Source of the DNA: an uncultured Verrucomicrobiae bacterium
Lineage (GTDB): Bacteria > Verrucomicrobiota > Verrucomicrobiia > Chthoniobacterales > Chthoniobacteraceae
Assembly (NCBI GenBank): GCA_963828525.1
Contig: CAWHEP010000010.1
Span: forward strand, 256,001-320,000
Reading direction: 5' to 3'
DNA length: 64,000 nucleotides
Below, piece by piece: positions 1 to 11,300 of the stretch. Within the stretch, counting starts at the first letter, position 1, and every line of letters starts with the position of its first letter. The position numbers were made by a program, and so were the translations under genes. Under the pieces are notes generated by a model. That model was not told where the DNA came from. It did not search any database and was given only the letters and a program-made list of their open reading frames with translations.

Positions 1-273
1 TCGGGTCAGGACTTCGAACTCGAGATCACCTTCAAGGATGGCAAATCCTTTACCTTGGATTTTCGTCCAATGATCGAATCGGAGTCTGGCTGGCTTTATG
101 ACGATCTGAAGAATCCAGATGTTTTCCAAAAGGTGAAGGTGAATGGCCTGACCCTCGAATGGTCAACTGGCTTGGATTTCTGCCCCGATGGTCTTCGTTA
201 CTGCTGCGAAGTGGGTAGAATTTGCTCGGACGCCGAAATCGCCGAAGCATTCGCTCAGGCCCCCGTCTGTTGA
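1..273 (+). CDS. DUF2442-domain protein, 5'-truncated by window edge (putative antitoxin-like)
   Basis: Frame open from base 1: ..DFELEITFKDGKSFTLDFRPMI..LKNPDVFQKVKVNGLTLEWSTGLDFCPDGL, matching the DUF2442 pattern (L.l.F.DG....D...L.dp..F..V......l.W..g.D..P..L). Confidence 0.7.
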   Translation, partial: SGQDFELEITFKDGKSFTLDFRPMIESESGWLYDDLKNPDVFQKVKVNGLTLEWSTGLDFCPDGLRYCCEVGRICSDAEIAEAFAQAPVC

Positions 274-325
274 GCAGCGGATTTCTTCGCGCCATGCCGC
301 CGGAGGAACCCGCCCGGCCTCGCTT

Positions 326-353
326 TTGTTACCAAGTTGCAACTTCGTAACAA
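326..353. repeat. 28 bp near-perfect palindrome (REP-like or operator)
   Basis: TTGTTAC-C-AAGTTGCAACTT-C-GTAACAA, intergenic, one mismatched pair. Confidence 0.6.
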
Positions 354-436
354 GAAGACTGGGGAGACGTCGGGAAGGACGAAGATGTGCAAGGGGTTTT
401 GCTGGATTTGACGCGGGATTTGGGTTGAGTGTTTGG

Positions 437-1354
437 ATGATGGTTTTCGAGTATCCGGTTCTTTTATTCTATAAGTATGTGGATATACCGGAGACGGCGC
501 GGTTCGCGGCTTCGCAACGGAGGCTTTGCAAGCGCCTGGATTTGAAGGGGCGCATTTTGATCGCCAGCGAGGGGATGAATGGGACTGTGGCGGGGAAGCG
601 GGATGCCGCCTGTGAGTACATGGAGACGCTCCGGGCGGATCCACTGTTCAGCGATATCGAGATGAAGGTGAGTGGGGGAGCGGCGGATACGTTTCCTCGG
701 ATGGTGATAAAGGTGCGCCCCGAGATTGTGACGCTGGGGACGGGGAGGCAGCTCGCGCCGGATCGGGATAATCATTTGAGCCCGGCGGAGTGGAAGCGGA
801 CCATGGAGGAGGAGCCGGATGTCGTGTTGTTGGACATCAGAAACAGGTATGAGTCGGCAGCGGGGAAGTTTGAGGGGGCGGTGGCTTGCGATATCGCGCA
901 TTTCCGGGAGCTGCCCGGAAAGATTGAGGAATTGGCGGAATTAAAGGATCGAAAGGTTCTGATGTATTGCACGGGGGGCATCCGCTGCGAGAAGGCATCG
1001 GCGCTTTTCCGCGAGCAGGGGTTTAGGAACGTGTTCCAGTTGCACGGGGGAATCATGAGTTACCAGGAACAGTATGGGAATGAGCACTGGCTCGGAGAGT
1101 GTTTCGTGTTCGATAACCGGATGACGGTGCCGGTAGAGGAGGGTTTGGTGAGGATCAGCAAGTGCGCGCATTCGGGACGCCCGACGACTCGGTTTGTAAA
1201 TTGTCTGCACGACCCGTGTCACGTGCTGTTCCTCCTGGCGGAGGAGACAGAGGCGGAAAATGCCGACTACAGGCTGTGTCCAGCGTGCGTCGCTGCGGGA
1301 TGGACGTCGGCTACGGCTGAGTACCAGGGCAGTCCCGCGCGGGCAGAGATTTAG
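437..1354 (+). CDS. trhO: Rhodanese-domain tRNA uridine(34) hydroxylase (UPF0176/YceA family)
   Basis: LLFYKY, LKGRILIASEGMNGT, LDIRNRYE, MYCTGGIRCEK, LHGGI and GECFVFDNR motifs; likely start ATG 437 or 440 rather than 188. Confidence 0.9.
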   Translation: MMVFEYPVLLFYKYVDIPETARFAASQRRLCKRLDLKGRILIASEGMNGTVAGKRDAACEYMETLRADPLFSDIEMKVSGGAADTFPRMVIKVRPEIVTLGTGRQLAPDRDNHLSPAEWKRTMEEEPDVVLLDIRNRYESAAGKFEGAVACDIAHFRELPGKIEELAELKDRKVLMYCTGGIRCEKASALFREQGFRNVFQLHGGIMSYQEQYGNEHWLGECFVFDNRMTVPVEEGLVRISKCAHSGRPTTRFVNCLHDPCHVLFLLAEETEAENADYRLCPACVAAGWTSATAEYQGSPARAEI

Positions 1355-2033
1355 AGAGCGCGTCGAGCAAGCTCCATAGGGCGCGTTTCGTCGCGGGGAG
1401 GTGGCGGCCGCAGTCGCGTATTTCGGCGAGAGACTGGATGAAGGGGCCTGCGCCGAGGTCCGGGGAGTCGCCAAGGAAGATATCGACATCATGGGCGCTG
1501 ACCTCGATATGAAATTGCAGCGCGACGACATTGGGGCCGTGGACAAAGGCCTGGTGGGCGCACGCTTCGCTGCGCGCGAGGGGAACGCAGCCGGGCGGGA
1601 GATCGAAGGTATCGCCATGCCAGTGGAACGCCACGAGATCAGACGGAAAATCGCGAAAGAAAGCGTGGGCGCGGCCCTCTGTGGTGAGAGAAACCGGGAA
1701 CCAGCCGATCTCGGATTGTGGGTTCTGAAAAACTTTGCCGCCGAGGGTGTCGGCGAGCAACTGGGCTCCCAGGCAGATGCCGAGGATGCCCTTGCCGAGG
1801 GAGAGAGCGGAGCGGATGAAATCCTTCTCCAATGGGAGCCACGGGAAATCGCGATGCTGGTAAATGTTCATCGCTCCGCCCATGATGAGGAGGAGGTCGA
1901 ACGAGTCCGGCGGAGGGAAGGGATGCCCGAGATAAACCTCCGTGCCGCTGATCTCGTGGCCGCGCTGCGCTGCCCAATCGCGAATCATGCCGGGACCTTC
2001 TGAAGCGGCATGCTGGAGGTAATGGATCTTCAT
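1311..2033 (-). CDS. Class I glutamine amidotransferase (GMP-synthase-like GATase1)
   Basis: LQH..EGPG, GICLGAQL nucleophile elbow, HWHGDTF, LQFHIE. Confidence 0.9.
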   Translation of the reverse strand: MKIHYLQHAASEGPGMIRDWAAQRGHEISGTEVYLGHPFPPPDSFDLLLIMGGAMNIYQHRDFPWLPLEKDFIRSALSLGKGILGICLGAQLLADTLGGKVFQNPQSEIGWFPVSLTTEGRAHAFFRDFPSDLVAFHWHGDTFDLPPGCVPLARSEACAHQAFVHGPNVVALQFHIEVSAHDVDIFLGDSPDLGAGPFIQSLAEIRDCGRHLPATKRALWSLLDALSKSLPARDCPGTQP

Positions 2034-2106
2034 TTCACTTTAACCGTGCAATCGGCGGTCATTTCATCAAATTGGTGTCGAAACGCCAGATATTCCCCTC
2101 CTCCCC

Positions 2107-2862
2107 ATGAAGAAAATAGTCGCAGTTTTTGTCTCACTGCTGTCGCTGGTCGCGATGGCGCTGGATGTCGCGCCCGCCGCGTCGCCGAAATGGAAGCCCT
2201 ACGATAAAAGCCGTCCACGGCCTCCGAAGGCGGAGTTAAAGAGCGAAGCGGAATTGGCGGAATCCGCGAAAGCCCCTCCCGGAGCGGTGATCCTGTTTGA
2301 CGGGAAAGATCTTTCGCAGTGGCAGCCGAGCAAGTGGAAGGTTGCGGACGGGGTGGTGGAGATCGTCCCCGGCGCCGGGTATTTGTATACGAAGGATTCG
2401 TTTGGATCGTGCAAGTTGCACCTGGAATGGCGGACGCCGAATCCGCCGGTGGGCAAAGAGCAGGCGCAGGGGAACAGCGGCGTGTTCATGATGTCGGTGT
2501 ATGAAATTCAAGTTTTGGACAACACGAATAATAACACGTACGCGGATGGGCTTGCCGGCGCGGTGTATGGACAGAACCCTCCAATGTTCGACGCGTGCCG
2601 GCCTTCCGGCGAGTGGAACTACTATGACATCACGTGGCATCGTCCGATTTTCGACGCGAGCGGGAAAGTAGCGAAACCCGCAAGAGTGAGCATCGTATTC
2701 AACGGGGTGAAGGTGCAGGACGAGTTTCCTGTGAACGGCCAGACCGGGCACAACCATGGGAAGGGTTACCCGGCGCACGCGGATAAAATGCCGCTGGGGT
2801 TGCAGGAGCACCATTGTGTGGATCAGTTCCGGAACATCTGGCTGGTCCCCATCGCGGACTAA
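2107..2862 (+). CDS. Secreted DUF1080 (3-keto-disaccharide hydrolase-like) protein
   Basis: Signal peptide; AVILFDGKDLSQW, LHLEWR, GNSGVF, YEIQVLD, GEWNYYDI, LQEH..FRNIW. Confidence 0.9.
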   Translation: MKKIVAVFVSLLSLVAMALDVAPAASPKWKPYDKSRPRPPKAELKSEAELAESAKAPPGAVILFDGKDLSQWQPSKWKVADGVVEIVPGAGYLYTKDSFGSCKLHLEWRTPNPPVGKEQAQGNSGVFMMSVYEIQVLDNTNNNTYADGLAGAVYGQNPPMFDACRPSGEWNYYDITWHRPIFDASGKVAKPARVSIVFNGVKVQDEFPVNGQTGHNHGKGYPAHADKMPLGLQEHHCVDQFRNIWLVPIAD

Positions 2863-2915
2863 GCGGTCTCAGCTCATTGGCAGAAGTCTCGCAAACAACA
2901 TCCATGTCCTCCCCT

Positions 2916-3704
2916 ATGAATAAGCATCTTGCTGTCGCTGCTGTCCTTGCATCCCTGCTGCCGCTGACGTCCATCGCGCAAACGGCGACCCCCGCGCCAT
3001 CTCCGGGGGGAGCTGTGCTGGGGCGCGAGTTGTGGAAGGTGAATGATCGCGGTCGTCCGCGTCCGCCGAAAGCGGAGCTAAAAAGCGAGGCCGAGCTGGC
3101 TGAGTCGGCAAAGGCCCCGGAGGGAGCGGTAATCCTGTTCGATGGGAAGGATCTTTCGCAGTGGCAGCCGAGCAAATGGAAGGTGGCTGATGGAGTAGTG
3201 GAGATCGTTCCGCACTCCGGATACCTGTACTCAAAGGAGTCTTTTGGTTCGTGCAAGTTGCACCTGGAGTGGCGGACGCAAAACCCGCCGGTCGGGAAGG
3301 ATCAGGGGCAAGGCAACAGCGGCGTTTACATGATGACGCTGTATGAGATGCAGATATTGGATAACACGAATAACCCGACGTATGCCGACGGAATGGCTGG
3401 GGCTGTGTATGGGGAGAATCCTCCGTGGTTTGACGCGTGCAGGCCTTCCGGCGAGTGGAATTACTACGATATCACGTGGCATCGCCCGATATTCGACGCG
3501 GACGGGAAGGTGGTGAAGCGCGCCCGGGTGACGCTAATCTTCAATGGGGTGAAGGTGCAGGACGAGTTTGAATTGACTGGGCCGACCGGGCCTGGACATC
3601 GGCTGCCTTACAAGGCGCATGCAGACAAGATGCCGATCGGGTTGCAGGAGCACCATTGTGTGGATCAGTTCCGGAATATCTGGGTTGTGCCAATCGCGGA
3701 TTGA
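2916..3704 (+). CDS. Secreted DUF1080 protein, tandem paralogue of 2107..2862
   Basis: Same motifs with long identical peptide blocks; start at ATG 2916 (or 2904) before a signal peptide. Confidence 0.9.
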   Translation: MNKHLAVAAVLASLLPLTSIAQTATPAPSPGGAVLGRELWKVNDRGRPRPPKAELKSEAELAESAKAPEGAVILFDGKDLSQWQPSKWKVADGVVEIVPHSGYLYSKESFGSCKLHLEWRTQNPPVGKDQGQGNSGVYMMTLYEMQILDNTNNPTYADGMAGAVYGENPPWFDACRPSGEWNYYDITWHRPIFDADGKVVKRARVTLIFNGVKVQDEFELTGPTGPGHRLPYKAHADKMPIGLQEHHCVDQFRNIWVVPIAD

Positions 3705-3733
3705 CGCGGTGGCGCCGGAAGGGGGCGCGTTTG

Positions 3734-5812
3734 ATGGGTGAATCTTTGCCAGGAGAGTTGCGGCTGGCGCGGGAGGTGGCGGCTCCGATCGGGGTTGGAT
3801 TTCGGACGGACTGGATCGGGCCGACGCTGTTCATCTCGGTCCTGACGGTCTTCCTTTCGATCTGGCATTATGAGGTTTGCCGCTCGCTGACGGCAGCGTG
3901 GGTGTTGCTGTTGGCGTCGATGGGATTGGTGTCGCTGGGATGGGGGGGCATTTTGATGAGGTGTTATCCGGCGTGGCTAAGAAGCGGCGAAGCGCTTGGG
4001 GTTCGATTCGTTACGGGATACTTGCTGGCGAACACTGTGTTGTTCGCGCTATGCATGACGCTGCCGTGCTCGATGATGATGGACGTGGAGATCGTCGGAG
4101 CGGCGGGGCTGGCTCTGGGAGGTATGTGGTGTGTTACACCTCGAACGCGAGGTTGTTTCGCGGAGGATGCCCCGGATTTGGCGGCGCTGGTGATCAGTTG
4201 CGCAGGGGCGGCGCTTTGGTGCGTGGATGCTTTGCATCCAATAGAGGTCACCGGGGGAGCAACGACGTTCCGGTTGTGGAAAGATTGTTTTTTCCACGCG
4301 CGCGAGATCAGCATGTTCGCGCAGGCGCATGGGCTGGGCTCGATTCCAAATTTGCTGCTCTCGGGAGAGCCGACGCCGTTGTATCACTACGCCGGGTATG
4401 TGGCGCCGGGCGCTCTGTCAAATTGGCTGGGGGCCAGCGCGTTTGAGATGCTGACGAGTTTTCAGATGCCTTTTGGCATCCTTCTGGGCGGATTGGGCGC
4501 TTACGCGCTCGGAGGGGCAGCGTGGGGAAAGTGGCCCGGGGTGGCGGGGACTGTCGCGGTGGTTCTGTTGCCCGACGCGTACCAGCAAGGATTTGGAAAC
4601 AAGTTCTTGAGCTACCAATTCCATGAGCAGGCGGCGGTGACGGCGGGGTATGGACTGGCGTGCATGGCGCTGGGATGGATGTTCACGGTGGATGGGTGCA
4701 AGAACGCGAAGCGAGGTTCGGTGCTGCTGGGCTATGTATTCGCGGCAATATGCGTTGCTTACAAAGCGCATCTGTTTGTCGCGAACGCGTGCCTGATCCT
4801 CATCTACCCGGCGTTCTTTTTCGCGGGATTGAAAATGAGCTCGCGGGCGCTGATCGGCGCGCTGCTGGCGAGTCTTTTTCTCTATGTTGTTTCGGTGTCG
4901 CAGCGCGTCGGGGGAGTGCCCACGCTGCGGCTGGATGGGAGCTACGCGAAGGTTTACTCAGGCATTTTGTTGTATAGCTACGACACGGGATTCTGGAAAA
5001 GATTCTTCCTGTGGGCACTTGGTGGACAAACCGGGATGAGCCTGGATGCAAGACTGGGCGCGATGATCCTGGTATCCACGTTTGGGCTATGGCTGCTGGC
5101 GTGTCCGGCGGCGTGGTTGATGTTGAGAAAACGCGCGCATCCGGCGGTTTTGTTTTTGCCGCTCTTTGTCGTGGCGAATTACGTCCTGATGGGGGTGGGG
5201 CTCGCGGGGGACGCGAGCGGGAAATGGAACGCGGAAGAGTTACTAAATCGCCCGCTGATCTGGGCGTATTTCGCGGTGGCGGCGTGGACGGGAGCGGGGC
5301 TGTACGCGGCGCTGGTGGGGAGTGGGGGACCGAAAGGAACGGCAGGCCGCGTGGTGGCATTCGCTTGCGCGGCAGGATGCATGGCGTGGCCGATGCGGTT
5401 AGCGCCAAAGCTTCAGACGATGCCGGCATGGAGCAGCTCGGCCGACTGGAAAATCTTCAATACGGCGCCGACCGCGGCCGTGGAAGCCTGCAAGTATATC
5501 CGGACGCACAGCGTCGCGTCCGATGTGGTTCAGGATTCTGAGTGCGACCCTACGTTGATGGTGACGGGGTTGTCGGAAAGGCAGGAGTTTGTCGCGACGC
5601 CCGGCAAGGATGGGGAGGGGGCGCGGCGCAGGGAGGAATTGAGCAAGCTCGCCGGGATGACAGATGAGCGCCGGATCGATGCGTTCGCGGCGCGGCATCG
5701 AATCGGGTGGTTTTTGCTGAGACCGGAGACGAGGGTCTCATGGCCTGACGCGACGCTGCAGAAAACGGTGTTCCAGTCGGGTGGGTATCGCGTGCTACGA
5801 TTACTGAGGTGA
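3734..5812 (+). CDS. Polytopic membrane protein, possibly GT-C-fold glycosyltransferase-like
   Basis: Many hydrophobic segments; D..FH loop and P.L.GEP..LYHY after the early TMs; soluble C-terminal domain. Confidence 0.55.
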   Translation: MGESLPGELRLAREVAAPIGVGFRTDWIGPTLFISVLTVFLSIWHYEVCRSLTAAWVLLLASMGLVSLGWGGILMRCYPAWLRSGEALGVRFVTGYLLANTVLFALCMTLPCSMMMDVEIVGAAGLALGGMWCVTPRTRGCFAEDAPDLAALVISCAGAALWCVDALHPIEVTGGATTFRLWKDCFFHAREISMFAQAHGLGSIPNLLLSGEPTPLYHYAGYVAPGALSNWLGASAFEMLTSFQMPFGILLGGLGAYALGGAAWGKWPGVAGTVAVVLLPDAYQQGFGNKFLSYQFHEQAAVTAGYGLACMALGWMFTVDGCKNAKRGSVLLGYVFAAICVAYKAHLFVANACLILIYPAFFFAGLKMSSRALIGALLASLFLYVVSVSQRVGGVPTLRLDGSYAKVYSGILLYSYDTGFWKRFFLWALGGQTGMSLDARLGAMILVSTFGLWLLACPAAWLMLRKRAHPAVLFLPLFVVANYVLMGVGLAGDASGKWNAEELLNRPLIWAYFAVAAWTGAGLYAALVGSGGPKGTAGRVVAFACAAGCMAWPMRLAPKLQTMPAWSSSADWKIFNTAPTAAVEACKYIRTHSVASDVVQDSECDPTLMVTGLSERQEFVATPGKDGEGARRREELSKLAGMTDERRIDAFAARHRIGWFLLRPETRVSWPDATLQKTVFQSGGYRVLRLLR

Positions 5813-8342
5813 CGCTACAGGAATTGATGAGGCCCGGCGGGGAAACAGGGAATGACGTCCTGCTTGACCGGTTTCTTGATTACACGCAGGGGAAGCGGCT
5901 GGAGCTTTATCCGGCGCAGGAGACCGCGATGCTGGAATTGTATGAGGAAAAGAATGTCATCCTGAACACGCCCACTGGTTCAGGCAAATCGCTGGTGGCG
6001 ACCGCGTTGCATTTCAAGGCGACGGCGCAGGGGAAACGGTCTGTCTATACGTGCCCAATCAAGGCGCTGGTGAACGAGAAGTGGCTCGCGTTATGCCGGG
6101 AATTCGGACCGGAGAACGTGGGACTGAGCACGGGCGACGCGACTGTGAACAGAGAGGCTCCGATCCTCTGTTGCACGGCGGAAATCCTAGCGAACATCGC
6201 GTTACGGGAGGGGGCAGACGCGCGCGTGGATGACGTAATCATGGACGAGTTCCACTATTATAGCGACCGCGATCGGGGGGTGGCCTGGCAGACGCCGCTT
6301 CTGACTTTGCGGAAAGCAAGGTTCCTCCTGATGTCCGCCACGATAGGGGAAACATCGTTCTTCGCGGAGGCGTTGACTCGATTAAACGGGAAGGAAACGG
6401 CAGTCGTTCAATCGAATAACCGCCCGGTGCCGCTGGAGTATTCATACGCTGAGACGCCGCTGGCAGTGACGCTGGAGGGCCTGGTCGCGGGTGGCAAGTC
6501 TCCCGTGTACGTGGCGCATTTCACGCAGATGGAGGCGGCGCAAAGCGCGCAGGATTTCACCAGCGTAAATGTCGCGACGAAAGAGAGAGAAAGCGGCAAT
6601 CGCGCGGGAGATCGAAGGGTTCAAGTTCCGGAGTCTGTACGGGCCGGAGATCAAGAGATGGCTGCGGCATGGGATAGGGCTGCACCATGCGGGATTACTG
6701 CCGAAATATCGGGTGCTGGCGGAGAAACTGGCGCAAAAAGGCCTGCTGAAGGTGATTTGCGGAACGGACACGCTGGGAGTCGGGATCAACGTGCCCATAC
6801 GGACGGTGTTATTCACCAGGCTGTGCAAGTATGATGGGCAAAAGACTGGCATCCTGAGCGCGCGCGATTTTCACCAGATCGCCGGACGGGCCGGGAGGAA
6901 GGGGTTCGACGAGAACGGCTGGGTCGTGGCGCAGGCGCCGGAACACGCGATTGAGAATCTGCAACTGGAGCAGAAGCAGGCGAGGGATGGAAAGAAGTTC
7001 GTGAAACGGAAGCCGCCTGAGAAGAACTATGTGAATTGGGACGCGGCCACATTCAGCCGGCTCATCGGAGCGCCTCCGGAGCGGCTGACAAGCAGTTTCC
7101 AGGTGACGCATGGCATGTTGCTAAATGTGCTGTCGCGCAAAGGGGACGGGTGCGCGGCGATGCGTCGATTGATCGCGGAAAGCCACGAGACGCCGAAAGC
7201 AAAGAAAGCGCACATGAGACGGGGATGGCAGCTTTTCCGCGCTCTTGTCGAGAGGAAGATCGTCGAGTTCATACCCGTTTCGGAGGAAGGGGCGAGCCTG
7301 CGGGTGAACCTGGATTTGCAGGATGATTTCTCCATGAACCAGACGCTGTCGCTGTATCTGCTGGACACGATTCCGTTGATTGACCCGCAATCGGCAGACT
7401 ACTCGCTGGTGGTGCTTTCGCTGGTGGAGTCTGTGCTGGATGATCCGGACATCATCCTGCGCAAGCAACTGGACAGGGTGAAGACCGACGCGGTGGCGGA
7501 GATGAAGGCTCGCGGGGTGCCGTATGAAGAGCGCATGGAGGAACTGGAGAAGCTGGAATACCCGAAGCCAAACAGGGAGTTCATCTATTCGACCTTCAAC
7601 GCTTTCGCGGCAAGGCATCCATGGGTGGGGACGGAGAATATCCGTCCGAAATCGATCGCGCGAGAGATGTTCGAACAGTTCCGATCATTCGGCGATTACA
7701 TAAAGGACTATGATTTGCAGAGGGCGGAAGGGGCGCTGCTGAGGCACCTCTCGGGCGTACACAAGGCAATGCGGCAGACTGTGCCGGAGAAGGCAAAGGA
7801 TGAGGGCCTGCGTGAGATGGAGATGTATTTGGGAGCGATGTTGAGGCAGGTGGACTCGAGTTTGCTGGATGAATGGGAGAAGATGCGAGACCCGGATTTC
7901 GAGGCGGGCCGAGCAGCCGGAGGCGCGGCCCGGAGGCGCGGAGCGAGCGGACATCACGCGGGATGCGAAGGGGTTCACATCAGCGATCCGAACGCGGGTG
8001 TTCATGTTTTTGCGCGGGGTGGTGATGGAAGATTGGGAGCAAGCGCTCGAGTCGCTGGTTTCCACGGAGGAAGGGGAGCAGTGGACGGCGGGCCGGCTGC
8101 GGGATGCTGTGGCGGGGTATCTAGCGGGTCACCAGCGGATAATGCTGGATCCTGAAGCGCGAAACTCGCGGCATACGTACGTGACTGTGTCGGAGGACAA
8201 GCGGGAGTGGAAAGTGCAGCAGATGCTGGTAGACCCCGAGGGTCACAACGACTGGGTGGCGGAGTTCCAGGTTGATTTGGCGGCGTCGCGGGCGACGGGC
8301 GAGCCGGTGATGAGGCTGACGCGGTTTGGGGGGTTGGTGTAG
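5809..8342 (+). CDS. Ski2-like DEAD/DEAH helicase with DUF3516 C-terminus; two apparent +1 frameshifts (~6585, ~7908)
   Basis: [38 protein letters not shown] and QIAGRAGR spread over ORFs 5809..6834, 6569..8155 and 7869..8342; C-terminal [12 protein letters not shown]. Confidence 0.9.
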
Positions 8343-8349
8343 GGGTTTG

Positions 8350-11300
8350 CTATTTTGGGTGGGGGAGGAGTTTTGTGATGGCGGCGGCTATTTCGTTTTC
8401 GCCATCGGGGGTGTAGCCTGTTTTGACCCATGCGACTTTGCCGTCGGAGCCCACGATGATTGTCTGAGGAATGGAGTCAATGCCGTAGAGGCGGCCAACT
8501 GTCTGGGTGGTGTCCATGGCGACCGTGAGTTTCCAACCGCGGGTTTCGAGGAATTGCTTAACCTGGGCGGGGGGCTCTCCCTGGTTGATGCCGATGAGTT
8601 GAACCTTGTCGGGAGGGAATTGTTGCATGGAGGCGATCAAGCCGGGAAGCGAGCGGACGCACGGGCCGCACCAGGTGGCCCAAAAGTCGAGGACGGTAAT
8701 TTTTCCGCGTTGTGTGGAGAGATCAAACTCACCGGTGGCGAGGAGCGGGAGTTTGAAGGGTTTGGCGTCTTTGCCGAGCGCGGGAGAGGTTTCGCCGCCA
8801 GCGTCAGGGATGATCGGCTCGGGAGCATAGACGAGTTGCCAGTCGCGCAGCGCATTCATGGAGGGACTCGGCGCCGGGGGCGAGTTGCGGATGATGTAAA
8901 CGTCGCGAGTGGGGACTTCAAAGCGGCCGTAAATGGGGTGAGTACCGGTGATCAGATCGGGACCAAACGACTGGACGGCAAGCGGGAAACGAGCCCCGTT
9001 GGCGAGGAGCAGCCAATGTGTGGGCGAGCCGAGGGAGCCACCGAAATCCGAAGCGAGGAGGGCCTCAAGTTTTGTGTGAGCCTCCGGCGAGTTGGTCATG
9101 GTGAGCTGGGCTCCTCGCGGCTGCCATTCGGCGGAAGCGCCAGATGGGAAAGGGATCCCCTTGGCGGCGAGAAGTTCCCTTGCGGAGGCAGCAGCAGGCA
9201 GCGCGTTCGGTTTCAACCAATACAATTTAGTTAAAAGGCCGGAAGGGGCTTGGGAGAGGCGTTGAAAGACGATAGTGCCAATGGTCGCGGGATCGCCGGC
9301 ATAATCGATGAAGTAGCGGAGGCTGTAGAGCCTGCAAATGAGGTCAAGTTCATCCTGGACGGTCATGCTCGGCGTCACTCGAAACGTGACGGGTTTGGAA
9401 TCATCGGGTTGGGGAACGTTGAATTTCAGCTCGGGAAAGTCGTGTTTAAGCGAGAGCATTAAGAATCCGGAGGTAGCGCCCGAGATGAATTTTGGGCGCA
9501 ACAGCTTACGATCGAGCAGCGCTTGCATCGCGGTTTTTTGGGCAGGAGGGGGAGCGGCGCCTTCCGGCGGTTTTTTGAGCCAGATGGCGGCTGTGACCCG
9601 GTCCCTCGGGATGGTGAATGTCTCGAGGCCAGAGCGGAAGGCGAAGTCGCTCGCGGTGGCTGCCTCGATCTCACCTCGAAGAAGGTCGCCATTGGGGCCC
9701 AGGATTGCGTGCTTTGGCGGGTCGTCCCTGCGGAAGCGGGGCACCGTAAGTGTCTGGCTCTTCGTTTCCTGGTTAATGTCCGGCACGGGGGCGTGACCCG
9801 GAGAAGAATCGGCGGAGAAATCGGCAAGAACGATCTTAGTGGCGCCGTTGCCAAAGACTCCGGCGGGTTCAATGATCAAACCCGCGCCTGCCCGGCTTGC
9901 GGGCGGGATCGGCAGAGACTGCGCGAGCATGCCGTTGACGAAGAGATCGATGCTGCTGTCGAGGAGAACCAGCCGGATGGGAATCTTGCCAGGGCGGACG
10001 CGCGTGTCTGCGCGGGGGTCCAACTGCCCGCTGGTTGTTTCCAAGCCCGTGTAGAGCAACTGGCCGATGCGAGCGAGGAGAAGATTGACGGATTTGGCGG
10101 GATCGGTGCCGTCACAAAACATGCGGAGGCGGACGGTGGAAAAATTATCGGTCGCAATGGAGAAATGTATTTCGCTCGATTGCATCACGCGCGCGCTGCC
10201 GATGGCGGTCTCCGGATCCATGGTGAGGGTGCCGTTCGACCGCTTCACGGTGTTGGCGTCGCCCTTTAGCAGGCGCCACGCGGGATCGTCGAAGCTGGAT
10301 ATGGGCGCGTTCGCGCTGGCTGTGAACTGGATGGCGTCCAAAGCTGAGGCGGGGAGAGACTTGAAGCTCGCGACGGTGGAGTCGAACTCAACGACGGACT
10401 GATCCATCCCCCGGAGGGTCCCGGGCAGGACGTCGCCCGCGGCGGTGTAAAGAAGCGAAGGGCAAGCGGTGATCGGGGTGTGGGGCGGGAAGGCGCGCGT
10501 GATCTCGAAGGGCAGAAGCTTTGCGGGAAGCGAGGGTGTGACGGCTCCGGGAGCGAGCCAGCGAGGCGAGGCGTCGCCCGCGTTCACGAGATTGCCGTGG
10601 ATCGTGACGCCGCGGATGTGGAGGGTGTCGAGGGTCGCCGGGGGAACCTGGGCGGGCGCGCTGCCCGAGGTAATCCGCATGTGGCGGAGGCCATCCAGCT
10701 TCGTAGAAAAAGGCTCCGCCGTGAAGGAAGTGTCGAGTGCCGCGACGCCCGCTTTTATAGAGCGGATACGTCCGTTTAGAAACGAGCCATCTGAGAAATC
10801 CAGCGTCTCCGCAGATGGGGCGAGCGGCGTGGGATCCGTGGAGAAGATAATGGCGTCAACGTCGGCAAGGGGAAAATTCTGCGGGGCGGCTGTCCCGGAA
10901 AGCTGGAAGGTGAAGCTTGTTGCAGCGGATCCGCTCGTGATCGCTCCTGGAAGCACACGCGCGTCGGCCATCTCCACGCGAGGAAGGCGGCTGTCCACCC
11001 TGGGCGGGGCTTTGCCATCCCAGGCGCACAGCCGGAAGAAATCGAGGGTAAGATCCCGCTCCTTATTTTGCAGGGCGATGCCTTTCGGGAGGGGCATCGC
11101 TTCATCCGGCGCGTCCCACTCGGCGAGGGGTTCCCCTGCCGGGCTGAAGATGGAGCAATGCCGGGTCGCGGCATCCCAACAGACGCGCAAAGCTACTTCG
11201 CGCTGCTCGGGGGTGAGTTTGCAGATTGCCTTGAAATGATCTCCCGTGCTGACCACGAGATCTTCGTCCCACGTTTCAAGAATGAGACCCTGTTTTGCCC

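Noticed and set aside
188..436. N-terminal extension of trhO in the ORF track
   Set aside because: Overlaps the DUF2442 gene and the palindrome; family similarity begins only at ~437
5809..8342. Helicase as programmed frameshift or anti-phage defence gene
   Set aside because: DUF3516 helicases are normally single ORFs; no canonical slippery heptamer at the breaks and no defence partners nearby
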